Source: Nanobdellota archaeon
GTDB taxonomy: Archaea > Nanobdellota > Nanobdellia > Pacearchaeales > GW2011-AR1
Direction of reading: 5' to 3'
Length of the DNA: 64,000 nt
Assembly: GCA_038046005.1 (NCBI GenBank)
Contig: JBBSXB010000001.1
Location: forward strand, 1 to 64,000
Made by a program: the position numbers and the translations under genes. Below, one piece after another: positions 56,864 through 64,000 of the stretch; position 1 is the first letter of the stretch, and the number at the start of each line of letters is the position of its first letter. The notes beneath the pieces are model-generated. The model saw only the letters and a program-made list of their open reading frames with translations. It was not told where the DNA came from and ran no database searches.

Positions 56864-57214
56864 TTATAAGTCTATGACACCCTCTTTTGTCAATGCAGCA
56901 AATCTAATTCCAACTGGAAAATTTATCAGCGCAGAAATCAAAGCCATGTGCTCTTTTCCTTCTCCAGAAGCTAAACTCAAAGCTACTTCCATGCCGCTAA
57001 TTTTTCCCTTGAGTTTTTCTGAAAATTCATCTCTAAGCTCTTTTATTTTTTTGCTAAAATCTACCTTAATAAATTCAAATGGTTTTTCATGCTTGAATTC
57101 TTTTGCAAAGTCATCTCCAAAAATAATTATCTTATCCCATTCTCCATACTTCATTAAACCAGAAACCTGCGCCCAGGTTCCCTTCCCAGTTGATAATAAA
57201 GCTACGAGTTCCAT
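56864..57214 (-). CDS. Hypothetical Rossmann-like (CARF-like) protein
   Basis: LVALLSTGKG..DKIII..VALSLASGEGKEH. Confidence 0.7.
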   Translation of the reverse strand: MELVALLSTGKGTWAQVSGLMKYGEWDKIIIFGDDFAKEFKHEKPFEFIKVDFSKKIKELRDEFSEKLKGKISGMEVALSLASGEGKEHMALISALINFPVGIRFAALTKEGVIDL

Positions 57215-57215
57215 T

Positions 57216-57413
57216 TTAGTCTATTTTGGCTGTTTCTGTAATAAGTTTAATTAATCTAGACTGATCTGCTTCAACTTCACCTACTGTTTTTCCATCAGCT
57301 ATTCTTTTTTGAGTTAGATGCGGTCTTGGATGGCCGTAATCTGGGTCGTTGCAGTATGCACAATTTGTTGGACAGGGAGTCCACTCTTGAGGATTATATT
57401 TTTGATTGTTCAT
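57216..57413 (-). CDS. Small Cys/His-containing orphan
   Basis: CPTNCAYC..HPRPH. Confidence 0.5.
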   Translation of the reverse strand: MNNQKYNPQEWTPCPTNCAYCNDPDYGHPRPHLTQKRIADGKTVGEVEADQSRLIKLITETAKID

Positions 57414-57565
57414 TTTAAAAAGACAATAGTAGGATTTTTAAGCATTATTGTGATTTTTAAATTAGTAATCTTTATAAACCGATTTTATCTCAAGATTTAG
57501 TCGTTTGAACCATATCGTCATGGGATATATTCTATGTTCATGGCGCATAATCTGGGAGACATACA

Positions 57566-58195
57566 ATGGAACTTGAAGAAGAACTAAAGAAAGCTCTGAT
57601 AGAGCTAAGGAAAGGAAAAGAAAGAAAGTTTGATCAAACAGTTGACTTAATTGTAAATTTGCAAAAATTCAACATAAAAAAAGATTCTGTAAATATTTTT
57701 GTTAACCTCCCCCACAAGATAAAAAATAAAAGAATAGCTGCTTTTTTAGAATCAAAGAATTCTGCCATAGACACAATAACACAAGATGAGTTCAAAGGTT
57801 ATAGTGATAAAAAATCTTTAAAAAAACTTGTGAAAAGATTTGATTTCTTTATTTCCCAAGCCAGTTTAATGCCAAAAGTAGCCACTGTTTTTGGAAAAGT
57901 TTTGGGACCTGCTGGAAAAATGCCTTCCCCCCAACTTGGAATAATTATGAATGTTGATCAAAAAGCCCTAGAGGAATTAAAGGAAAAAATAAACAAAAGC
58001 GTAAGAATAAAGACAAAAGAAGCAAGTATAAAAATTTCAATAGGAAAACAAAGCATGGAAGATGAAAAGATAATTGATAATATAGTTACAATTTATAATT
58101 CTCTGATAAAAGCTCTTCCTAAACAAAAAGAAAACATAAAAAATGTAGAAGTTAAATTCACGATGACTAAACCCCAGAAAATAAGAATAAAATGA
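57566..58195 (+). CDS. rpl1: 50S ribosomal protein uL1
   Basis: RKFDQTVDL, LGPAGKMP, VKFTM. Confidence 0.96.
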   Translation: MELEEELKKALIELRKGKERKFDQTVDLIVNLQKFNIKKDSVNIFVNLPHKIKNKRIAAFLESKNSAIDTITQDEFKGYSDKKSLKKLVKRFDFFISQASLMPKVATVFGKVLGPAGKMPSPQLGIIMNVDQKALEELKEKINKSVRIKTKEASIKISIGKQSMEDEKIIDNIVTIYNSLIKALPKQKENIKNVEVKFTMTKPQKIRIK

Positions 58196-59019
58196 AATCT
58201 AAAGAAACAAAAAGAAAAATTCCAAAGAAAAAAATTGCTGAAGTTGAAAGTTTGAAAAACCTTATAAAAAGCAAGAAAACAATATTGATTGCATCTATAA
58301 AAAATATTCCCGCCTCGCAATTTCAAGAGATATCCAAAAGCCTGAGAGGAAAAGCTGTGGTTAAAGTCCCAAAAAAAAATCTAATAATAAGAGCCATAGA
58401 TTCCTCTGACAAAAAAGAATTAGAAGAATTAAAAGAAAGCATAAAAGAAAATACTACAATACTATTTTCGGATCTTGATGCATTCGATCTCGCTGCTGAG
58501 CTGATAAAAAATAAGAGTTATGCTAAGGCTAAAGCCGGCCAAGAAGCGCCTGAAGACATAGAAGTCCAGGAAGGGCCGACAGAATTAATTCCCGGACCAG
58601 CTATAAGTGAACTTGGAGCTCTGGGAATACAAATCCAAATTGAAAAAGGAAAAATCCACATTAAACAATCAAAAATTATTGCAAAAAAGGGCGAGAAGAT
58701 TTCACAGCCAGCCGCTGAAGTAATGGCGAAGCTTGACATCAAACCATTTGTCATATCCTTAATCCCACTAGCTGCTTTTGATAATACCGAAAACAAAGTT
58801 TACAAAGAGATAAATATTGACCCAGAAGGAACTTTGAATGGATTGAGAAACGCTTTCACAAGATCTTTGGCATTTGCAGTAAGTATTGCATACACTTGCC
58901 AGGGCACAATAAAATTACTTATAGCAAAAGCAGGGAGAAATGAAAAGGCTATTGAAAATTTGATGGTAAAAACTGATGTTCCGCAAGTAAATTCCGAGGA
59001 GGAAATTAAAAATGAGTAA
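58192..59019 (+). CDS. rpl10: 50S ribosomal protein uL10 (P0)
   Basis: AKAGQEAPEDI, PGPAISELGALGI, KLDIKP. Confidence 0.95.
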   Translation: MKSKETKRKIPKKKIAEVESLKNLIKSKKTILIASIKNIPASQFQEISKSLRGKAVVKVPKKNLIIRAIDSSDKKELEELKESIKENTTILFSDLDAFDLAAELIKNKSYAKAKAGQEAPEDIEVQEGPTELIPGPAISELGALGIQIQIEKGKIHIKQSKIIAKKGEKISQPAAEVMAKLDIKPFVISLIPLAAFDNTENKVYKEINIDPEGTLNGLRNAFTRSLAFAVSIAYTCQGTIKLLIAKAGRNEKAIENLMVKTDVPQVNSEEEIKNE

Positions 59020-59363
59020 ACAAGCGCTAGGAACATTTCCAGGATTTGATGAAGAGTTAGAAAGACTTAGAACCTTAGGACACGAAGCAATAATCTTGGG
59101 AAACAGAGAAGAAGTTCGTAGGATACTTAACGAAGATGTATATAATTTTTTATTCCAACAAGATCAATATCAAAGACAGCTTTATAGAACATTTAAAAAC
59201 TTTGCCGAAGAGAATCCTGAACTAAAACCAATTGTAGGGGAATATTTATCAAAATTAGAACAAAGCATCAGAAATAGGGCAGAAGCATTAAATTCTTGGA
59301 GTAATGATGTTAGGGGAAATCTAAAACTCTTTGAAGATTCAATAAAAGTAAATTCCGAGGAGG
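58985..59363 (+). repeat. Exact 18-bp direct repeat AAGTAAATTCCGAGGAGG flanking an orphan ORF
   Basis: Copies at 58985-59002 and 59346-59363. Confidence 0.9.
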
Positions 59364-59371
59364 GAAAATAA
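59012..59371 (+). CDS. Orphan helical protein inserted between rpl10 and rpl12
   Basis: 119-aa ORF ending in the same VNSEE as uL10. Confidence 0.7.
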   Translation: MSKQALGTFPGFDEELERLRTLGHEAIILGNREEVRRILNEDVYNFLFQQDQYQRQLYRTFKNFAEENPELKPIVGEYLSKLEQSIRNRAEALNSWSNDVRGNLKLFEDSIKVNSEEGK

Positions 59372-59661
59372 TGGAATATATATACGGAGCTTTATTGTTA
59401 CACAAACTTGGAAAAGAAGTTAGTGAACACAATTTGAAAAGTGTTATTGCGGCTACAGGAGCGCATACAGATGAGGGAAAAATAAAATCCCTTATTGCAA
59501 GTTTGAAGGGTGTTGACATAGATTTAGAATTAGCAAATGCTAGTTTAGTTTCGGCCGCACCTGCTCAAGGAAGTGCACCTGCACACGAAAAGCACGAAGA
59601 GAAAAAGCACGAAGAAAAGAAAGAAGCTGCTGCAGAAGGATTATCTGCTCTATTTGGTTAA
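59371..59661 (+). CDS. rpl12: 50S ribosomal stalk protein P1 (L12)
   Basis: MEYIYGALLLH..AEGLSALFG. Confidence 0.96.
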   Translation: MEYIYGALLLHKLGKEVSEHNLKSVIAATGAHTDEGKIKSLIASLKGVDIDLELANASLVSAAPAQGSAPAHEKHEEKKHEEKKEAAAEGLSALFG

Positions 59662-59743
59662 TTTTTATTTTAAGAGCAGGTAATCACAGACTTAGTTATA
59701 ACACTATAGTAATTCTTAAAAAAGGTCGAAATTTATTTTGTGT

Positions 59744-60037
59744 ATGGTTTTGATTTACAATTTGAGATGTGGAGAGGATTTAGTCTTTAAACACGAAGGT
59801 AAAGTCACTCGATTATCTTTATTAGAGAAAAATGTTGATTGGGCCCTATTTTCACTTCAAAATGGAAGCAAGCCAGAACTTTTAGACATAGATTATAGAA
59901 CTCACTACCAAATTGATGGACTTCCGCAAACCGATTTTTATCCTAAAGTAAGCCTAAAAACAAAAAATAATAAAGTAGATATTTGGGTAAGTGTACCTCC
60001 ATTTGTTCGTGTTCATGTTGAAAGAGATAGAAAATGA
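59744..60037 (+). CDS. Orphan hypothetical protein
   Basis: About 97-aa ORF. Confidence 0.55.
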   Translation: MVLIYNLRCGEDLVFKHEGKVTRLSLLEKNVDWALFSLQNGSKPELLDIDYRTHYQIDGLPQTDFYPKVSLKTKNNKVDIWVSVPPFVRVHVERDRK

Positions 60038-60177
60038 AAAAGCTAGATGTTTTCAAAGTCATGGCATTGCTATTTTTCATGTCAATATTGTTCACGCCTC
60101 AGCATTCTTTTGCCTGGCTTTATTTTGCAATTCCAGGATTAATATTCGGATTCTTGTGGTTTAAAAAACTAGATTAA
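60034..60177 (+). CDS. Small two-TM membrane peptide; not in the ORF track
   Basis: MKKLDVF..FLWFKKLD, 47 aa, ATGA overlap with the upstream ORF. Confidence 0.45.
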   Translation: MKKLDVFKVMALLFFMSILFTPQHSFAWLYFAIPGLIFGFLWFKKLD

Positions 60178-60210
60178 GTTTATTAATAGTATTCTTTTTT
60201 GTTATTTTGT

Positions 60211-60283
60211 GCCTCTGTAGCTCAGTCAGAAGAGCAGTTGCTTCGTAAGCAAAAGGTCATGGGTGCAAATCCCATCAGAGGCT
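60211..60283 (+). tRNA. tRNA-Thr(CGT) with non-canonical D- and T-loops
   Basis: GCCTCTG/CAGAGGC-T; anticodon loop TTCGTAA; T-arm ATGGG-TGCAAAT-CCCAT. Confidence 0.88.
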
Positions 60284-60289
60284 TCTAAA

Positions 60290-62233
60290 ATGTGGAGCTT
60301 ATATAAAGGAGATAAATTTCTGGAACCTCTTCGTTTTTCTAATGGGAAATCTCAGGAAAATGTTGTTAGCGAAGTTCTGGAAGAGATAAAAAAAGGGACA
60401 AAGGTCATATTCATCAAAGGAGTCTGTGGAACTGGGAAAAGCGCCATAGCATTGAACATTGCTAGAAAAATTGGAAAAACTTCTATTGTTGTGCCTGGAA
60501 AAACTCTCCAAAGGCAATACAAAAAAGATTATGAAAATGAGAAATATGTTTTGAAAGATGATAAAACAAAATTAAAAATAAGTGTGATAACTGGGAGAAA
60601 GAACCATAAATGCAGATTTTTAATGGAAAACAAAGAGGCCATTCCTGTCGTAAAAAGAGAAATTAACTCTAAACTTCACGATATTTTTGCAGGGAAAAGA
60701 GAAGATATTGAAAATGAGATAAAAAAAGATGAGTCTGCAGATAATGATTCTTTGCCTTGTAAGATAGAGATAAAAGAAAGGAACTGGAACAAGTTGAAAT
60801 CATATCTAAATCAAAACAAAGATGTTGACTCGAGTTCTTTCACAGAGTTAAGGGACGTAAAAAGAATTCCTGTAGCAAGTGTTTGTCCTTATTGGTCTCC
60901 GGTTTTGCCTGCAAGATTAGAACTTAAGGGAAAAATATTTGCTAACGCTAAAAAAAAGAAGTATATGGGCCTAGAAAATACTGAATTTATTTTCTATCAG
61001 AGAAAAGAAGGCTGTCCTTTTTACAGCCAGTTCAATTCTTTTATAGAGTCTGATGTTATAGTCTTTAATTCAAGTAAATATAAAATAGAGTCTTCAATGA
61101 ATAGAAAACCTTTGACAGAGGTAGAAATAATAGATGAGTGTGATGAATTCTTAGACAGTTTTTCAAATCAAAAAAATCTTAATATAGAAAGGCTTCAAAA
61201 TTCTTTGATTAATTATGTTAATGAAAATGAAAAAGATAAGAAGGAGATATCTGAGTTATTGGAAATAATCCAGTATATTAAAAGAGATGCAAGAATAAAT
61301 AATGCTATTGTTACAAAAGAAATAATCCCTCTAAAAGAAACGGGAGTTTATGATTTATTAAAAATTATATTAAAAAGTTCTGGAATTTTTGAAGAAGCTG
61401 ATGATGAAAGCTATCTTTTTGATTGTGAGGAGATAGCAAAGACTTTCAAGGATTTTGTTAATGAAACTTACATCACTGCTGAAAAAAAAGACAAAAACAT
61501 TATAATTAGTTTAGTTACGACAAATCTCGCAAAAAAGTTTAAAGAAATGGTTGATAAAAATAAAGCTATAGTTTTAATGTCTGGAACTTTACATTCTAAT
61601 CAAGTGTTAAAAGATATTTTTGGATTGGATAATTTTAAAGTTATTGAGGCTGAGGTTGAGAGCCAAGGAAGCATAATCGTGAAAAAAACAGGTTTTGAAA
61701 AAGATTTTAAATATTCTAATTTGTCCAATGGAAAACATTCAAGGGAAGAATATCTTAAAGCTTTGAATAAATGTGTTGAGATTGCGAAAAGACCGACACT
61801 CATACATATCAATGCATTCATGGATTTGCCAAGCAATCAAGAAATTCAAGAATATGATCTGAAAAATTTGATAAGCAGAGATGAAATAAAAGATTCGCAG
61901 TCACAGAATAACGAAGTGGAGACTATAAACAAATTCAAAAATAAAGAAGTAGATGTTTTGTTCTCGACTAAGGTTTCAAGAGGCATGGATTTTCCCGGAG
62001 ATGAATGCAATAGTATTGTTTTTACAAAATACCCAAATCCAAACGTACAAGATCCTTTTTGGAAAATATTAAACAGAACAAGACCTGAGCATTATTGGGA
62101 GTTTTACAGGGATAAAGCTAAAAGAGAATTGTGGCAGAAGATATACAGAGGCTTGAGATTTAAAGAAGACAAAGTTGAAGTTTTAAGCCCTGATGTAAGA
62201 GTGTTGGATTTTTTTGAAAATAAAGGGAAATGA
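60290..62233 (+). CDS. XPD/Rad3/DinG-family SF2 helicase
   Basis: GTGKS, GRKN..C..C..C..C, DECD, MSGT, RGMDF, RGLR. Confidence 0.88.
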   Translation: MWSLYKGDKFLEPLRFSNGKSQENVVSEVLEEIKKGTKVIFIKGVCGTGKSAIALNIARKIGKTSIVVPGKTLQRQYKKDYENEKYVLKDDKTKLKISVITGRKNHKCRFLMENKEAIPVVKREINSKLHDIFAGKREDIENEIKKDESADNDSLPCKIEIKERNWNKLKSYLNQNKDVDSSSFTELRDVKRIPVASVCPYWSPVLPARLELKGKIFANAKKKKYMGLENTEFIFYQRKEGCPFYSQFNSFIESDVIVFNSSKYKIESSMNRKPLTEVEIIDECDEFLDSFSNQKNLNIERLQNSLINYVNENEKDKKEISELLEIIQYIKRDARINNAIVTKEIIPLKETGVYDLLKIILKSSGIFEEADDESYLFDCEEIAKTFKDFVNETYITAEKKDKNIIISLVTTNLAKKFKEMVDKNKAIVLMSGTLHSNQVLKDIFGLDNFKVIEAEVESQGSIIVKKTGFEKDFKYSNLSNGKHSREEYLKALNKCVEIAKRPTLIHINAFMDLPSNQEIQEYDLKNLISRDEIKDSQSQNNEVETINKFKNKEVDVLFSTKVSRGMDFPGDECNSIVFTKYPNPNVQDPFWKILNRTRPEHYWEFYRDKAKRELWQKIYRGLRFKEDKVEVLSPDVRVLDFFENKGK

Positions 62234-62527
62234 CCAGAGGAGTGTTTGTTTTTTCTTAAATTTGCAATAGAGGAATATTATTATACTGGAAATTAAATAT
62301 GAAATTAGCAAAGATAAAATTGATAAGATTAAAGGATTTACTTCTATTCTCCAAGGAGATTTACATCCATATTTATAATATTCTTCAGGAGGAACAGTTT
62401 CATCTGGATCAACACACATAGTAGCTGTAAGCATAAATGAATAAAGAAATATTGTTATGAATAGAAATAAAAATAAGACTACTTTTCCAACAGTTGGTTT
62501 GAAAAACTCTTTTAGTCTTTTACTCAT
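62183..62527 (-). CDS. Small membrane protein, hypothetical
   Basis: KEFFKP..K, two TMs with a Cys-bracketed loop. Confidence 0.6.
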   Translation of the reverse strand: MSKRLKEFFKPTVGKVVLFLFLFITIFLYSFMLTATMCVDPDETVPPEEYYKYGCKSPWRIEVNPLILSILSLLISYLISSIIIFLYCKFKKKQTLLWSFPFIFKKIQHSYIRA

Positions 62528-62666
62528 ACTTCTTATAATAAAAAGCAAATTTATAATCTTTACTAAAAACCAGGTGTTTGTTTACTTTGAAGATTTCAAA
62601 GGAAAATATGTTATTTTTAATGGAGAGTAGATTATTTACTCTGATTTCATCCAAGAAAGAAGTAAA

Positions 62667-62765
62667 CGCCCCCGCCAGGAATCGAACCTGGAAGCCCAGA
62701 GGGCCTGGTTCTCTTGTCTAAATCTCAAACTCAAGACCAGTGCTCTACCATTGAGCGACGGAGGC
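62667..62765 (-). tRNA. tRNA-Ser(TGA) with a 19-nt intron at 37/38 (62711-62729)
   Basis: GCCTCCG/CGGGGGC-G; CTGGT/ACCAG stem; CTTG/CAAG BHB-type central helix; variable arm GCCC-TCT-GGGC. Confidence 0.9.
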
Positions 62766-62918
62766 AATATAATTAAATTAACTGGTGAGTTTTAAAGGTT
62801 TTGTTATTTTGCACTTCGCTACACTCAGCGAATTGATAAAATATTAATAGAAAACAGCTAGGAATAATCAATTATCAAAGTCCAACAAAAAATACATTAA
62901 ATCTAAATTTTTAAAGAA

Positions 62919-63200
62919 TCAATCAAATCCGAGAAGTCTTCTCCACCAGGATGCTTTTACAGGCATAGAATGATCGTTTTCATCCATTATCTCATGGGTT
63001 ATAACCGGCTTTTCTTTAAGAATGGGAGCCTCAGATGCAAGTTGTTTAGTGGCGTCCCTCATTGCCTCTTCTATGAATGTCCTTGAATATCCTTGATTTA
63101 CCAAAGCCCACTTCAAAGATTCCATAGTGTAGCCTTTTTTCAGATTATTCTTAAAATATTCTGCAAGTCTTCTCTTTCTTTCGTTTTCTCTTTCACCCAT
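62919..63200 (-). CDS. Hypothetical protein
   Basis: LKKGY..LKWALVNQGY helical domain, WWRRLLG end. Confidence 0.7.
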   Translation of the reverse strand: MGERENERKRRLAEYFKNNLKKGYTMESLKWALVNQGYSRTFIEEAMRDATKQLASEAPILKEKPVITHEIMDENDHSMPVKASWWRRLLGFD

Positions 63201-63239
63201 AAAAAAATCATGAATTTAGAGTTTAAAAAGTTAGTTGTT

Positions 63240-64000
63240 CTAGACAATCTTTATTGGACTGTATTTTTTACAGAATCCTATTGCCTGCCTTAACCTTATT
63301 TTCGAATCAGAATAGATTGTTAGTATCTTATCTCCTTTTTTAACGCTCTCTTTAAGGTGATGGTAAAGGTATACTCCTGAAGATTTGTATGTCGGACAAC
63401 CGACCGTCCTGGCAAGAGAATTTATTTTCTTATTGTCTATCTCCTTGATTCTTCCAGATTTGTATGAAAGCACATCGTGTTTGAATTTTCCAAGCTTAGG
63501 GTTTCTGACTTTTCCTTTTTGCGCTTTGATAATCTCCTTAAATTTATCGAATGCCCTTCCACAAACGAGAATCTCTTTGGCCATTGAAAAACCCTTGTCG
63601 GGTTTTGCTTTCCTGACCATTTCCAACAATTCACCGGCAAGAAATAAAGATTTATTCTCCAAGTCCATTGGTCTGTCCTGATCCTGACGAAAAACTTTGA
63701 GTATGTCTGAGAGCTCCAACTCTGGACCTACACCATTGCCAATTGGCTGGCTACCATCAGTTAAAACAACTTTTATTTTTTTATGGAAGTATTTTCCTAT
63801 TTTTTCAAATTTTCTTTTGAGCCTTATTGCTGTTTTTTTGTCAACTTTAGCAGTTTTTCCATATGGAATGTCTATCAAAATGTAACTGCTTCCACTGGCC
63901 AATTTTTTTGATATTATCGAAGCCAAAAGATGGGCCTCTGGGTCCAAGTTTAAAATTTTTTCAATCTGGATTATTTTTGAATCTGCAGGCACTATTCCCA
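63240..64000 (-). CDS. deoA: AMP phosphorylase, C-terminal part (truncated by window end)
   Basis: PAD..I, ASIISKK, IDIPYG.TAKV, TDGSQPIG.GVGP.LE. Confidence 0.92.
   Translation of the reverse strand, partial: GIVPADSKIIQIEKILNLDPEAHLLASIISKKLASGSSYILIDIPYGKTAKVDKKTAIRLKRKFEKIGKYFHKKIKVVLTDGSQPIGNGVGPELELSDILKVFRQDQDRPMDLENKSLFLAGELLEMVRKAKPDKGFSMAKEILVCGRAFDKFKEIIKAQKGKVRNPKLGKFKHDVLSYKSGRIKEIDNKKINSLARTVGCPTYKSSGVYLYHHLKESVKKGDKILTIYSDSKIRLRQAIGFCKKYSPIKIV

Noticed and set aside
60263-60289. GTG start of the helicase ORF
   Set aside because: It lies inside tRNA-Thr; the ATG at 60290 was used instead
1-64000. CRISPR array, transposase or integrase
   Set aside because: No regularly spaced repeats and no ORF with DDE, HUH or tyrosine/serine recombinase motifs was recognised

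Overview
This 64 kb window is AT-rich chromosomal DNA from a DPANN archaeon, most consistent with Pacearchaeota. The evidence is archaeal r-proteins, a fused single-chain primase next to PCNA, form III-type RuBisCO plus AMP phosphorylase, and an archaeosortase-like gene beside a putative S-layer protein. It contains the 3' end of RNase P RNA, four tRNAs (Phe, Pro, Thr and an intron-containing Ser), translation/transcription/division genes, a base-excision-repair cluster, two tandem AdoMetDC-family proenzymes, and a ~24 kb cell-surface region (Cys-rich secreted proteins, class III signal-peptide pilin-like proteins, S-layer). No CRISPR array, transposase or integrase is visible. The most unusual signals are: (1) orphan single-gene cassettes sitting inside conserved operons, with footprints of insertion (an exact 18-bp direct repeat at rpl10/rpl12, a fully synonymous duplicate gene tail plus hairpin at ~56.8 kb, and an identical ATGATAAATCTA start on three orphans); (2) several structured 5' leaders, including a switch-like one before spt5-rpl11; (3) an uncharacterised pilin-like/Cys-rich surface operon. 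All family calls come from motif recognition, not database searches.
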